Part shown: positions 1-43,557 of the stretch, piece after piece
Layout of the letters: every line of letters begins with the position of its first letter
Position numbering within the stretch: the first letter of the stretch is position 1
From: the human T2T-CHM13v2.0 reference genome, Homo sapiens
Strand: one strand, 5' to 3'
Length of the DNA: 64,000 bases
Assembly: GCF_009914755.1 (NCBI RefSeq)
Contig: NC_060938.1
Position numbers and translations under genes: made by a program
The notes under the pieces: generated by a model
What the model saw: only the letters and a program-made list of their open reading frames with translations
Database searches by the model: none
What the model was told of the DNA's origin: nothing

Positions 1-31
1 GCCAGATGATTATGGAGCCCCTCGATTCTAA
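1..31 (+). CDS. FCF1: 3' end of last coding exon of FCF1 (PIN-domain rRNA-processing protein, Utp24 homolog); partial
   Basis: 2-31 reads CCA GAT GAT TAT GGA GCC CCT CGA TTC TAA = PDDYGAPRF*, matching the recalled FCF1 C-terminus (...ERMPDDYGAPRF). FCF1 is the known upstream neighbour of YLPM1. Confidence 0.9.
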   Translation, partial: PDDYGAPRF

Positions 32-101
32 TTCTTACAAGACACAGTTCCTCTGCCTTTCTTCGACCAACTTTCTCTTGTTGCCAGTTCATTACACAAA
101 A

Positions 102-598
102 TGTAGCGGGATTTTTAAGGAATCAGAGAGACTGATGGAGTTCAGGGAGATATTTATTATTTAGGTGCACCAGCCCAGTCAGATTAACATCCAAAGGACT
201 GAACCCTGAACAGAGTTAAGTTACCTTTTAAGCATTTTGTGGGGCCGCGGGGGTTGGGGGGAATCTGTGCAGGGGGAAGCATATTACAGAAGCAAGAAAG
301 ACAGTTATTCAATTAACTGAGACATGCATTACATCATTTCTTACTTTTCAAGGAAAATCATGTTTTACGACTTGAGTTTATCTGTCTAGTTACCTTGCAG
401 CTGCACAGCTAGAGAAACAGGGTATTTACAATGCCTGGGAAAGGAGGAGAGATAAGGCTCACTAGCCACAGAAAAACAGGCAGTTAATTTTTAAAGGACT
501 CCAGCTCTTTCTCTTTCTCACGGGGAATTGGATTTTCTTACATGCAACTGAATTTCTGCTTACACATTTTTAAATTTCTTTTAATTGCTTTTCCAATG
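102..598 (-). mobile_element. Solo ERV1 LTR (LTR15-like) antisense in FCF1 3' UTR
   Basis: ~500 bp with TGTAGCGGGA...TTCCAATG ends and near-TSD CAAAA (97-101)/CAATA (599-603). The reverse complement resembles the recalled LTR15 consensus; subfamily uncertain. Confidence 0.65.
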
Positions 599-671
599 CA
601 ATAGCATGAATTATTATTCTGTTGACCTATTTGCCTTACTATGAGCTGAGGGTAGTTCAATATGCTCACTC

Positions 672-1186
<515 letters not shown>

Positions 1187-1226
1187 TGATGCTGTTTTGA
1201 AATTGATATTTTGTCTCATAAAAACT

Positions 1227-1792
<566 letters not shown>

Positions 1793-2010
1793 TTTTTGTT
1801 GCGTCTTTTTAGAAATCAGATATTCTGATGATTGCTCACATAATTTGGCGGTCATTGTTTTATACTGACTTACTCAATAAACATTTATTAAATGTATACT
1901 AGGTGCTTAATAAGAGATGGTCCTGCCCTCAAGACACTCATTATGGTGGGAAAGAAAAACATGTAAATGAATAAATGCCGTAAAATAGCAGTGCTAGGGT
2001 AAAAGTTTCA

Positions 2011-7570
<5,560 letters not shown>

Positions 7571-7576
7571 TAAACA

Positions 7577-8084
7577 CAGTGGTCCCCAACGTTTTTGGCA
7601 CCAGGGACTGTGGAAGACAGTTTTTCCACAGATGGCAGTGGGGCATGATTTCTGGATGATTCAAGCACATCACATTTATTGTGCACTTTATTATTATTAC
7701 ATTGTAATATATAATGAAATAATTATACAACTCACCATAATGTAGAATCAGTGGGAGCCCTGAGTTTGTTTTCCTGTAACTAGACAGTCCCATCTGGGGT
7801 TGATGGGAGACAGGGACAGATCATCAGGCATTAGCTTCTCATAAGGAGCACACAACCTAGATCCCTTACATGTGCAGTTCACATTAAGGTTCATACTCCT
7901 ATGAGACTCTAACACCGCTGCTGATCTGACAGGAGCTCAGGCGGTAATGTGAGTGATGGGTAGTGGCCGTAAATACAGATGAAGCTTCACTTACCTGCCC
8001 GCCATTCATCTCCTGCTGTGTGGTCCAGTTCCTAACAGGCCATGGGCCACTAGTGATTCATGGCCCATGGGTTGGGCACCCCTG
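7577..8084. mobile_element. MER1A-like hAT (Charlie) DNA transposon
   Basis: TIRs CAGTGGTCCCCAAC...GTTGGGCACCCCTG; 8-bp near-TSD CATAAACA/CATAACCA. Confidence 0.85.
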
Positions 8085-8228
8085 CATAACCAGATAAATG
8101 GATAAACAAAATGTGGTTCATTCACACAGTGGAATACTGTTCAGCAATGAAAGGTATAAACCACTGATAGAACAACATACATGAATCACAAAATCAAGTG
8201 AAGCAAAAGAAGCCAGATACAAAATATA

Positions 8229-8527
8229 CAGATGGTGCCTGACTTAGGATGGTTTGACTTAGGATTTTTGACTTTACAATGGGTTTACTAGGGTATTACA
8301 TGCATTTTCAGCTTACAATATTTCAATTTACACAAGATTTATTGGGGCTGGGCATGGTGGGTTCATGCCTGTAATCTGGCACTTTGGGAGGCCAAGGCAG
8401 GAGGATCACTTATGCCCAGGAGTTTGAGACTAGCCTGGGCAACATAGGGAGACCCCATCTCTATAAAAAATAAAATAAAAAGAAGGTTTATTGGGATGTA
8501 GCTCCAACATAAGTCAAGAAGCATCTA
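8229..8527 (-). mobile_element. Short MER47/Tigger-type element split by an Alu monomer (8347-8480)
   Basis: TA+CAGATGGTGCCTGACTTA...TAAGTCAAGAAGCATCT; termini match the element at 39169-40170 in reverse. Confidence 0.7.
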
Positions 8528-8883
8528 CACACTGTATGATTCCATTTACATGAAACTCTAGAAAAGACAAATCTAATCTATAATGATAAAAAGTAAATCG
8601 TTATGGTATTAGGGGTGTCCATGAAAAAAAAGAAAAAGAAAAGAAGAAAGTAAACATTGTTCACCTGAGGTTGGAGGTAGGGTATTGGCTGGATACAGGC
8701 ACAATGGAATTAGTGGGGAGGGGAATTCATTGTTTCTAAAAATTATCTATTTTGATTGTTGTGATGATTGCTTGATGTATTGATTCGTCAAATCAAAATG
8801 CACACAAAATGATGGCATTTTATTGTGTGTAAATTATGCTTCATTAATTAAAAGATGGAAAAGGACACGCAAAAGAAAAAATA

Positions 8884-10384
<1,501 letters not shown>

Positions 10385-10499
10385 TTTTTTTTTTTTTTTA
10401 ACTACTTAGTGTTTCCACTTCATGAAAGTCGCTACTGTATTGTTTTGTGCATGGATACTCATAACTGATATAGTTCTTCCTAATTGTAGCCTTTGGCAT

Positions 10500-11155
<656 letters not shown>

Positions 11156-11387
11156 GGCATTATAATATATCCTTTTGCCTTATTTAATGATTTTTGGCCT
11201 AAATTCTACTTTTTCTGATGTTAAGAACAGGACTTAAATGCTTTCTTTTTCTACTTCTTTTTGTATTGCATTTACCTTATATATTTTGTCCATCTTTTGA
11301 TTTTTACCTTTTCTAAATTCATTATCCCCAAAGTAGGGTGCTCCAGACTAGTCACTGCTGTGTGTCCTTTGTTTTCTTTTTCTATTC

Positions 11388-12070
<683 letters not shown>

Positions 12071-12332
12071 TAAAGGCAGATTATTTGTCCTTTTGTCGCA
12101 TAGGTCTCTAGATCAAGTGAAGCCACACCTCCTGAGATAGAAACTACTACATATACCCCTTGCTTGCATCACCTACATATACCTCTACTCTGCATCACCT
12201 AGATGTGGTGGTCCTTGAGCATGATGACATTACTGGACAGGACTTTAAGATTGTCTCTGTGGGTGAGGGAATTGTGTATACTTTGCCTGTGATTGGGAAA
12301 GTGAGTTCAACATTTGGTAAACAGAAGGGTAG

Positions 12333-12740
12333 AGTGTAGCAACGGCTTGTGCTGGTCACCAAGTATTCTGGCTCTCTGTTTTACGGACCAAGGTAGCATT
12401 GCTCTTCCCCACCACCTTTAAAGTCAGATGTGGCAAAGCGACTTGCTTTGGCCAATGCAATGTGAGTGAAGATGACATGTATCATTTCTTGACAGAAGCT
12501 TTAAGTCATTGTGTGATTAGCTGTGCCCCCTTTGCCCTGTGTTGGTAATCATGAAAGCCTGGAAATGGAAACTGACTTGGCCTGGGTCCCACAGAACATC
12601 TCAGCCAGTTCATGGTGGTGACATTAGGGTGAACAATAAGTAAGCATTTCTTGTTTTAAGCCATTGATATTTGGGTTGTTGTTTGTTTGTTTGCTTTTAT
12701 TACTGCAGCATGACCTTGGCCTATACCAACTGATAAAGTA
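12333..12740 (+). mobile_element. Old MLT1 (MaLR) LTR
   Basis: GACTTGCTTTGGCCAATG..ATGTGAGTGAAG and TTGTTTTAAGCCA..GATATTTGGG motifs. Confidence 0.6.
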
Positions 12741-12764
12741 TATGTTAAAAAGTTGGAGTTGAAG

Positions 12765-17281
<4,517 letters not shown>

Positions 17282-17339
17282 ATCAATCAATAAATAAGAA
17301 ACTAGCAATCTAAAAGAGAGGAAGAGAAGAGAAAAAGAA

Positions 17340-22596
<5,257 letters not shown>

Positions 22597-22749
22597 CTAG
22601 AAACCCACTCATGTCTCTCGCCACCAGGCCTACTCTTTCCCTTCTTCCCAAAGGCAACTACTACCCTCACTTCTAACATTTTAATTTGTTTGCTTATTTT
22701 TGAAATATATGTAAAGTTAATTGTACAATAAATATTCTTCTGAACTACT

Positions 22750-24425
<1,676 letters not shown>

Positions 24426-24466
24426 ATACTGCCAGTATAAACATTCTTAGTTATGTCTCCCGGTGA

Positions 24467-26487
<2,021 letters not shown>

Positions 26488-26637
26488 AAATTTATACATT
26501 TTTCAAAAGAAAATGTCAGCCCAAAATATTAAAAACACAACTAACTAGGGTTTCTGGGTTGGGTTCCTGATCTGGGTGCCGATTTCACAAGTGTGATTGG
26601 CTTGTGAAAATTTACTATGCTGTCTACTTAAGACATG

Positions 26638-27342
<705 letters not shown>

Positions 27343-28319
27343 TGTAATTTTCTGTATATTCGTTATACTTCAATAAAAAGTTAAAAGAAACATAACTAAA
27401 TTTCTATTTGAAAACAGAAGCTCTTCCTTTTGAAGGATGCCTTGCTGCTCCACTTTCCATTCACATTCACCTCCTGAGAGAGGTGAAGATCTGGGTTGCT
27501 AAGATGGAAGAAAGGTCAATTATTTGCATGTTACTCAAGTGATGCACTGACACAATATTCTCACAGTTCTCCCTCCCCCCGCCCCCCCCCCCCCACACAC
27601 CCAAAAGAATTCAGTGTATTAGCTTTGCTTTTTAGTGATTCACTCAAGCTAAAGTAAGAGTTTATGTCTGGTATTACGTTGAGAGCTTTTGGAAGATTAT
27701 CTTCCAGGTTGTCTTTAGACCATCTTTGTATCTGGTTTTTGCTCTCTTTGCTTTTGCTCTGAGATTCTGCAACACCGATTTTTATGTGTTGAGACAGTCT
27801 AAAAAATTCCATTTCTCCCCTTCTACAATTCCTGCAGATGTTACTCACTATATGTCTGCAGGAATTGGTGTAATCTTACACTCTGCCTTGAAAACACCTT
27901 TCCATTCTTCACAGCTTTGTTCCCAGTTGAATTTCTGGGGAGAATTGAGTTAGGTCTATTCATTTAATTTGGGAGAAACTGACATCTTTACAATTTTTCC
28001 TCTTTTCACCCAGGATCATGGTAAGCCTCTCCATTATTTGAAGTCTAATTTCATCCTACTTGGATATGCTTCTTTATGACTCTGTAGCTTTCTACATATA
28101 AGTCCTACATCTTTCTTGTTAGAGTTTTTCCTAGTTGCTTTATGTTTTTTTGTTGTTGTTGCGATTGTTGCTATTGTGAATGGAACCTTTTTTTTTTTTC
28201 ATTCAAAAATGAACCCGTGGAGCGATAGGATCTCTACCACCTCTTTCGGCTGTGAGACTCTATGGTTTTTCAGTTCTATGAGAACATTCTACTGGAGCCT
28301 ACATTATCTGAACCCAAAG

Positions 28320-29100
28320 GAAGATGGCAACCACGAGTCGCCAAGTAAAGGACCGCTCTATCTCGCCTTTGTTCTCCTCTCGGTGGTTACTGCGCAGACG
28401 TAGTCGCCCAAGTCGCGTCCCCGCCTTCCCGGTCGCGGGCCCAGCTCGGGAGCGCCGGCGCACTGGCGCGCTCCGTTTACACGCTCCGGGGCCTGTAGGC
28501 GCCGCGAGTTCCGGCTGTCGCCGTCGCCGCCGCGGCTCCTGGAGGTCGGTTGCGACGAGTAACGGCGCCAGGACGAGCCCTGCGCCTTCTTTTTCGATAT
28601 GTACCCGAATTGGGGCCGGTATGGCGGGAGCAGCCACTATCCGCCGCCACCGGTCCCACCGCCGCCGCCAGTGGCGCTTCCTGAGGCCTCGCCGGGGCCC
28701 GGGTACTCGAGCTCGACGACTCCCGCGGCCCCCTCCTCCTCGGGCTTCATGAGCTTCCGCGAACAGCACTTGGCGCAGCTCCAGCAGCTGCAGCAGATGC
28801 ACCAGAAGCAAATGCAGTGCGTGCTTCAGCCCCACCACCTTCCTCCGCCCCCTCTGCCGCCCCCGCCAGTGATGCCGGGGGGCGGCTACGGAGACTGGCA
28901 GCCGCCACCGCCACCGATGCCCCCGCCACCCGGGCCGGCCCTCAGCTATCAGAAGCAGCAGCAGTACAAACACCAGATGCTCCACCACCAACGAGACGGG
29001 CCTCCTGGTTTGGTTCCAATGGAGCTGGAATCCCCCCCTGAATCTCCCCCTGTGCCGCCTGGGTCCTATATGCCCCCATCTCAGTCTTACATGCCCCCAC
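28320..29100 (+). promoter_or_regulatory. YLPM1: CpG island / TATA-less promoter and 5' UTR of YLPM1
   Basis: Abrupt CpG and GC enrichment. YY1-like AAGATGGC 28321-28328, TGCGCA 28391-28396, GC-box CCCCGCCT 28419-28426, ETS core TTCCGG 28509-28514. No ATG between 28327 and 28598. Confidence 0.85.
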
Positions 29101-29471
29101 CTCAGCCGCCACCCTCTTACTACCCCCCGACCTCATCTCAGCCCTACCTGCCTCCTGCTCAGCCGTCCCCTTCGCAGTCCCCACCTTCCCAATCCTACCT
29201 GGCGCCCACCCCTTCTTACTCATCCTCCTCCTCTTCCTCGCAATCCTATTTGAGCCATTCCCAGTCCTACTTGCCCTCTTCTCAGGCATCTCCTTCCCGC
29301 CCCTCCCAGGGCCATTCTAAATCCCAACTACTAGCTCCACCACCACCGTCCGCCCCCCTTGGAAATAAGACAACTGTCCAGCAAGAGCCTTTGGAGAGTG
29401 GGGCCAAAAACAAGAGTACTGAACAGCAGCAAGCCGCCCCTGAGCCAGATCCCTCTACGATGACTCCACAG
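28599..29471 (+). CDS. YLPM1: YLPM1 (YLP motif-containing protein 1, ZAP3) coding exon 1; 291 codons, Pro/Ser/Gln/Tyr-rich
   Basis: MYPNWGRYGGSSHYPPPP...STMTPQ with YLP/YMP motifs; donor CAG|GTAAGA, phase 0. Confidence 0.97.
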
Positions 29472-31609
29472 GTAAGAAAGCATCTGCCTGAACCTCATCT
29501 TTCACCTAGAGGGCCCTGAATGAGCAGGCCTCAGGGCTTTAACCAGTGGTTAGTCTAATTCCAACACACAATGACTAGCTAACACTCCAAAGGATTCCGT
29601 AAGAGTCAGAGGGCTGACAGCTCAGCTTTTTAATTAGCTAGATGTGAATTACCAAAAAAACAGCGTTTGTAGATGTGTATGGATTACATACAGTGGTGGG
29701 GTGGCTCAAAAGTTACCTCTCAGATACATTCCTTGGTTTCTTTGACCATCCTCTTAGATTTTGTTGCTGTTGCAAATAGATTTTGTTGCAGAGGGTCTTG
29801 TTTTAAAATTGTATTTTAAACGAAAGTTTCCATTTGAGAGAAAGCATGAAAAAGAGGCCTCGCCAAGGGCTGACACTTGAATGTTTGTAAACTTTATGAT
29901 TAGTTAGCTTCTTTTAAAAATATTACTTAGGGGCCAGGGATAGTTGTCAGCTTCCTGAATTAAGAGGTTTCAGAAAAAGGATGGAAATCTTGTCTTACCA
30001 GGAGCATCCTAATTATGCTTATAGGTACATATACAATACATAGATGAGTCCCGAGACCCTTTTGGGGATCGATTGGTCCATTTTAGGAATTGACCCAGAC
30101 ATCCTTTTCTCATATTATTTAAAGATTGTTTTAAGATAATGAGCAATTTTCTGCGTTTCATTGTCATTACCATTCACTCCAAAGAAACAGCCTTGCAATT
30201 TGGCCAACGTAAAAAAAGTTTGGTGATATCTTTTCATGAGAGAGTCAGCCATTCTTATCCCGCAGAACAGACAAATTGACAGGGTAACAGTAATAAACGA
30301 GTTCCCCCTTGAGAGAGGGAAGGTCAAACTAAAGCAGAATAAATCAATTGTTATGATTTCCTAAAGTAGACACTTTTTCAGCGATTACTAATTTACCTTA
30401 GATTCACTAAGGAAAAAAGAGAATCTTGTAATATAAACGCTCAGATTTACCTATAAAAGATTTCCAAAAGATAGGGATGCAGTATTATAATTTTACGGTG
30501 GTTTGGCATTAGAAATTAAGAACAGAAGCAAGTTGTTTTAAGAAATGATGCTTGGCACATCTTCTGGAGAAAACACTTGGGATGCTGAAATAAAGTAGTA
30601 GAATAATGATTCTGTTGGCTTACATCAAATTTGTACCATCTCACCAGTTTATTTTCCCCAGATTGCTCTATTATAGAGACAGACTTTCTGTCCTCTTTCC
30701 CACCCCACTCTAAAGTCTTTAGTGCTTTTGTTGTCAAACATTCTCAGTTAGTCTGAGCCAAAATAGGACATTTATATTCTCACTCTACTAGACTGTTTTT
30801 CTGACCTTACAGAGAGACAAAATAATTGTATTTTTGGCTTTTTTTGGGAGGAGTGTGTGTGTCAGATCAGGCCTTAATATGTATAGTTACCATGAACAGT
30901 GCTTTTACTTTTCTGCCTTTGTACCCTTTTCTGTAATGAACTCAGTGTCTTGAATATTCAGTGCCTGCAATTCTTTGGTGAGAGGCAGAGTGGTGGAAAA
31001 TGAGACTTGTGGTGCACATAGACCAGATCAAGAAGAGCCTTGAAGCCTGTGGCTTTCTTTCTTCTTTTTAGAATTCATCCTAACCTCCTCAACCCTCTGT
31101 TTCCCCTTAGAGTTGTATTGCTTTCAAGGCATATCTCAAATATCAAGGTTTCCATGAAGCCCTGCTTGTGCTCACCCATCTGGTTTGGTTCTGTTCTTCA
31201 GATTGTAAGTCCCTTGCAGACAGGAATTATCTTACTTATCTTCTTATTACCGTAGCACCTAGGACAGTGCCTTGCAAATTGTAGGCTCTCCACAGATTTG
31301 TTGAATAAAATACGAGAGTTGTCATGTTCTAGACTTAGGATATGTTGGTTTATTAGATGATAAATATTTCTTCATGCCAGTACCAGTCTCTGGCAATCCT
31401 TCTACATATTTATTATTCTTTGATTCATATTTTGTTTTTGGAATGTGTCATTCAAAATTTCTTATCGTGAAATATTTTTAAAATACACAAAATAGAGAAA
31501 AAAGTATGATTCCCCATACATACCCATCATTGAGATTCAACAGCTATCAAGATTTTGCCATGTTTACTTCACCTAGGCCTTTTTTATTATTGTTGCATAT
31601 ATATATATT

Positions 31610-35750
<4,141 letters not shown>

Positions 35751-35799
35751 AAAAAGAGTAGAAATTAACCAGAAGTTAGAATTCAAAGAATTAAGTTCA

Positions 35800-36990
35800 A
35801 TAAGGCTCACTGAAAGCTCAGGGTGAGGATGGTAGGTATGAACTAGATCAGGGAAGGCCTGTAAGGACTTCATTCTAAGGGCAGTTGGAAGCCATTGAAG
35901 GATTTTACATAGGTGAATGTGACAGATTGGCATTTTTGAAAGCTCACTCTGCTTGCAGTGTGGAGAGCAGAATTAAAAGGAGCAAGAGTGATTTAGAGAG
36001 AATAGTTATTGAAGTAATCCAGGCAAGAGATAATAGTGGTTTAGACTTTGATGGTATTAGTTGAGATGGAGAGAAGTGGGAAGAGTGGAGAAATATTTAG
36101 CTGCTAGAATTCACTTTGAGGTTGAGTAGTTATGGAGAGGGAGGCATCAAGAATGATTCTTAGGTTTCTGGGCTGGGCTGTAGGGTGGATGGTGGTCAAA
36201 TTTACTAAAACAGAAAAACCTAAAGGAGGAGGAGGAAGAACATTTCTGGGGGTGAGGAGAAAATCATGAGTTAGGTTTCAGACATACTGAGTTTGGGGTT
36301 CTTGAGACATAGATTCCAAATGGAGATGTCCACTTGGAAGTTAGATATAGCTCTGGAGTCTAGATGTAAGATCTGGGAGACATAGATTTATAAGTCATCA
36401 GCATAAAAATGGTATTTGAAGACACAGAAATAGATGAAGCCTCTCAAGGAATGTGTGTAGAGTAAGAACTGAGGTTAAAGGACATTAAGCCTAGCTCCAC
36501 AAATAGCAGTATCTAAGGGAACCAATGAAAGAATGGCCAAATAGGTATTCATATTAGGTTGGTGCAAAAGTAATTGCAGTTTTTGCTATTACTTTTAATG
36601 GCAAAACCACAGTTACTTTGGCACCAGTGTGATAGGTGGAAAATCAAGATAGTGGATAGTGCGTTGCCATGAACGTCAAGGAACAGACTCTAGGAGGAGG
36701 GAGTCGTCAGCTGTGTGAAGTACTGCTGAGACGTCAAGCAAGATAAAGACTGCGAGTTATCTTTTGCACCTACTGACATGTAGATTATTGTTGACCTTGG
36801 CAGGAGCAGTTTCATAGTGACTGAAGCCATATTGCATTGATTTGAGGAGTGATGGAAGGTGAGGAAATGGGGATGGTGAGTACAGACAACTCTTTCAAGA
36901 AGTTTGACTGAAGGAGAGAGAGAATGAGGGAAGGAGCTGGAGGAATAGATGAAGTAAATGAGCATTTAAAATAAAAATAGGTGGGGACTA
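35800..36990 (-). mobile_element. L2 fragment
   Basis: Purine-rich L2 reverse-strand motifs (GGAAGCCATTGAAGGATTTTA, GACAACTCTTTCAAGAAGTTTGACTG). Confidence 0.75.
36554..36632. mobile_element. MADE1 (Hsmar1-derived MITE), ~80-bp palindrome
   Basis: TA+TTAGGTTGGTGCAAAAGTAATTGCAGTTTTTGC...GCAAAACCACAGTTACTTTGGCACCA..+TA. Confidence 0.92.
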
Positions 36991-37197
36991 AGCTTATCTG
37001 GTGACCCTGATTCTTACAGTAGAATGTGAATCTCAAAAATATTTAAGCCTATTTTAAATAAATTTCTAAAATGGAAACCCAATTCATTATTTTACCAGGT
37101 GTCCTCCCTGCCCCCTGCTTTAGAATATAAGACATAGAACATTGTCTTATAGGCATTTATGATAACCTGGATAGGGAAGGTAATCTTCTAAAATTAA

Positions 37198-39132
<1,935 letters not shown>

Positions 39133-39168
39133 AAGTGTGCTGTTTTCTTACGTTGAATAGTAAAAGTA

Positions 39169-40170
<1,002 letters not shown>

Positions 40171-41303
40171 TAATTATATCCTGGGAGCTGATGATTATAT
40201 GTATAATAGTTAAAAACAAAAAATCCAGTCATGGGTTAAACGTCAAGATGGAGTTTATGAGATGGAATTTATTCTTCCCAATAGATTGGAACAAGTTTCA
40301 GGTAATAGTAATGAGTGACCGAGAGGGAAGGGCTTCAGTTGATCAATAACCATTTATTGACATCCTACTGTGTGCTCTAGCACTATGCTTGACTACCAGA
40401 TAGGATATAAAAAGAGGGGAAGGCAGCTGTCCCCTAAGAAAAATTACATTCTTTGAGTGAAAAGTAGGTAACAAATCAGTATGTTTGGTGAGAAAAAGGT
40501 ATGTATTATGTATATTTAATGCATCTGTTTGCATATGGAAAATTAGGGGAGGTTATACTATAAAATATTAACAGTGTAGGAAATCCTAGTTATCCAGAGA
40601 TAATTGGATTAGAAAATAGGCAAGTAAAGTGAATTCATTTAACACAGGAACCAAAAGTTTATTGTAAAACATAAAACATTTGATTGGGACCCAGTCTGGA
40701 AAAACAAAGCTCAAAGTGATAAGGATAAGCAGATTTTATATTTGATGGAATTGTTATAAATGAAATCATAGCCAAGTTTTAGAATGAACAAAGAATAAAC
40801 TATAGATTGGGTTTCTTTGCTGTAATTTTTGTGGGAAAATTATATAACAACATTATAGATCATCTTTTATTTCATTTTTTGACATGTTGAAAAAATATTT
40901 TAGGGATTTATCGATTTTTATACGGACTGTTTTTCAACCTTTGGTATTCAGGCCATTCTCTTTTATAGTTTTTACTGTAAAGTACTGTTCGGTTGTTAAC
41001 TGGTAGGACTTCTAGCAGATCCTCAGCTGCCAGTAATAAGTTCCAATGTTCTCCAACATCACTTTCTTGAAATACTACATCCATACAATTGTAGTAGAAT
41101 CATATGCTTTTGTTAGTCATATAAGTATACAGGGCAGTTCATCAGTGAATATTTTAGTGTTATGATAACTTTTGGTTTTCTTTATGCAACCTTGTAACCA
41201 TGGGAAATTATATAATACTAGGATAATGACACTCCTGTAGTTTTTTTCTGAGTGGTGAGATTTCTTTTATTGATTTTAATTAATTAGTTATTACTTACCT
41301 GTG

Positions 41304-42243
41304 TAGTCAGTTTTCTTTATTTGAGATTTTTAAACTCACCACAGACACTGAATTAGTGAATACTGAACCAGTGCTCCTCGGGGAAATACAGGGTTAGGTT
41401 CCTGTGAGTCTCTTGTCACATTTTTATCAACTGATGAACACATAGCCTTGTTTATGTGTGTTTCTGTTTAAAGAACCTTATTTAGTACATATTGTTGATT
41501 TATTAACATTGTACTCATGGCCAACAGCACTGTAGCACTTGTCCGAACAAAGCTGACCTAACACAGATATTTTCTCTGTGAGACATAAGACCGCTTTCTT
41601 GCTCTTGGGACACTAAACAGCATCTCAGCTCTATGCCTGGGGGCCATTTTAAATAGTGAAATCAACAAAAAAGCACAAAAGTTTGACAAATGTGTCTCTA
41701 AATAGACTGAAAATGACACTTATTTATAGTATAGAGCTGGAACAAGAAGGCAGAGCATCACCTTGCACTTCATCTCGGCTGGGAATGCACACATGAGTCA
41801 GGGGACTCATGTTTTTCACTGCTGTCCACATGTTTGTGAATGACTGGGAAAGCTCAGTGAGTATGGATTTTGGGTTTAGAAATAAATTTTAGGTCGGGTG
41901 TGGTGGCTCATGCCTGTAATCCCAGCACTTTGGGAGGCCAAGGTGGATCACTTGAGTCCAGGAGTTTGAAACCAGCCTGGGCAACATGGTGAAACTTGTC
42001 TCTACAAAAAATACAAAAATTATCCAGATGGTGGCACATACCTGTGGTCCCAGTTACTCGGGAGGTTGAAGCGGGAGGATCATTTGAGCACAGGAGGCGG
42101 AGGTGGCAGTGAGCTGAAACTGCACCACTACACTCCAGCCTGGGTGACAGAGGGAGATGACCCTGTCTCAAAAAAAGAAAAAAAAATTTTAGCAAGTAGG
42201 CAAATTTGCAAATACAGAATCCAAGAATAATGAGGATTGGCTA
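41304..42243 (-). mobile_element. MER82-like Tigger element split by Alu 41892-42185(+)
   Basis: End GTAGGCAAATTTGCAAATACAGAATCC..GAATAATGAGGATTGGCT is the reverse complement of the recalled MER82 start. Confidence 0.75.
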
Positions 42244-42394
42244 TATTTTCTAATATTTCCATACTAAGCTTATTGTTGTAATTTTTAAATGAAAGCACAA
42301 AATAAGCTTTCAGAAAATTAAAGTACAGCATAATTTGGAAGATAAAGCTAAGGCTTTTAAAATAAATAGAAAGCATTTTAAAACACAGTATATT

Positions 42395-43163
<769 letters not shown>

Positions 43164-43557
43164 TTATATTCATTAATTACAAGACCCCTGTCAATAAATC
43201 GGAACAAACTGAAGCCAGGTTAAAAATAAGTAGTTGTGAATACTGAAGAGATTTACCCTGATCATTTATCAAAAAGATGGCTCTTACCTCCAAAAGCATG
43301 TGTTTTATTAGAGTACAGAAGCATGTTGAATTAATATGTATGGTTTAATTTAAATGTATAAATTTGGGGGAGGAACTGAAATTTTTCTGTAGCCTGTGTT
43401 TAAGATCTTATTAACTTATTTGTCTTCCTCAGTCTAGCTTTGCCTTTTTTTACATATAGACACATGAACACAGACATAAAGATAGGTCCTTGTCAACACC
43501 AAGTTGCAGAGATACATGATTGTCAATCAAAATTCTCAAAAATTGTTTCTGTTGTAG

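Noticed and set aside
28299-29289. Antisense ORFs of 230 and 115 aa and a 74-aa alternative-frame ORF over exon 1
   Set aside because: Expected stop depletion in GC-rich, Pro/Gln-coding sequence; no recognisable domain.
30285-31310. Several AATAAA hexamers early in intron 1
   Set aside because: Frequency is as expected in AT-rich DNA; no evidence of use.
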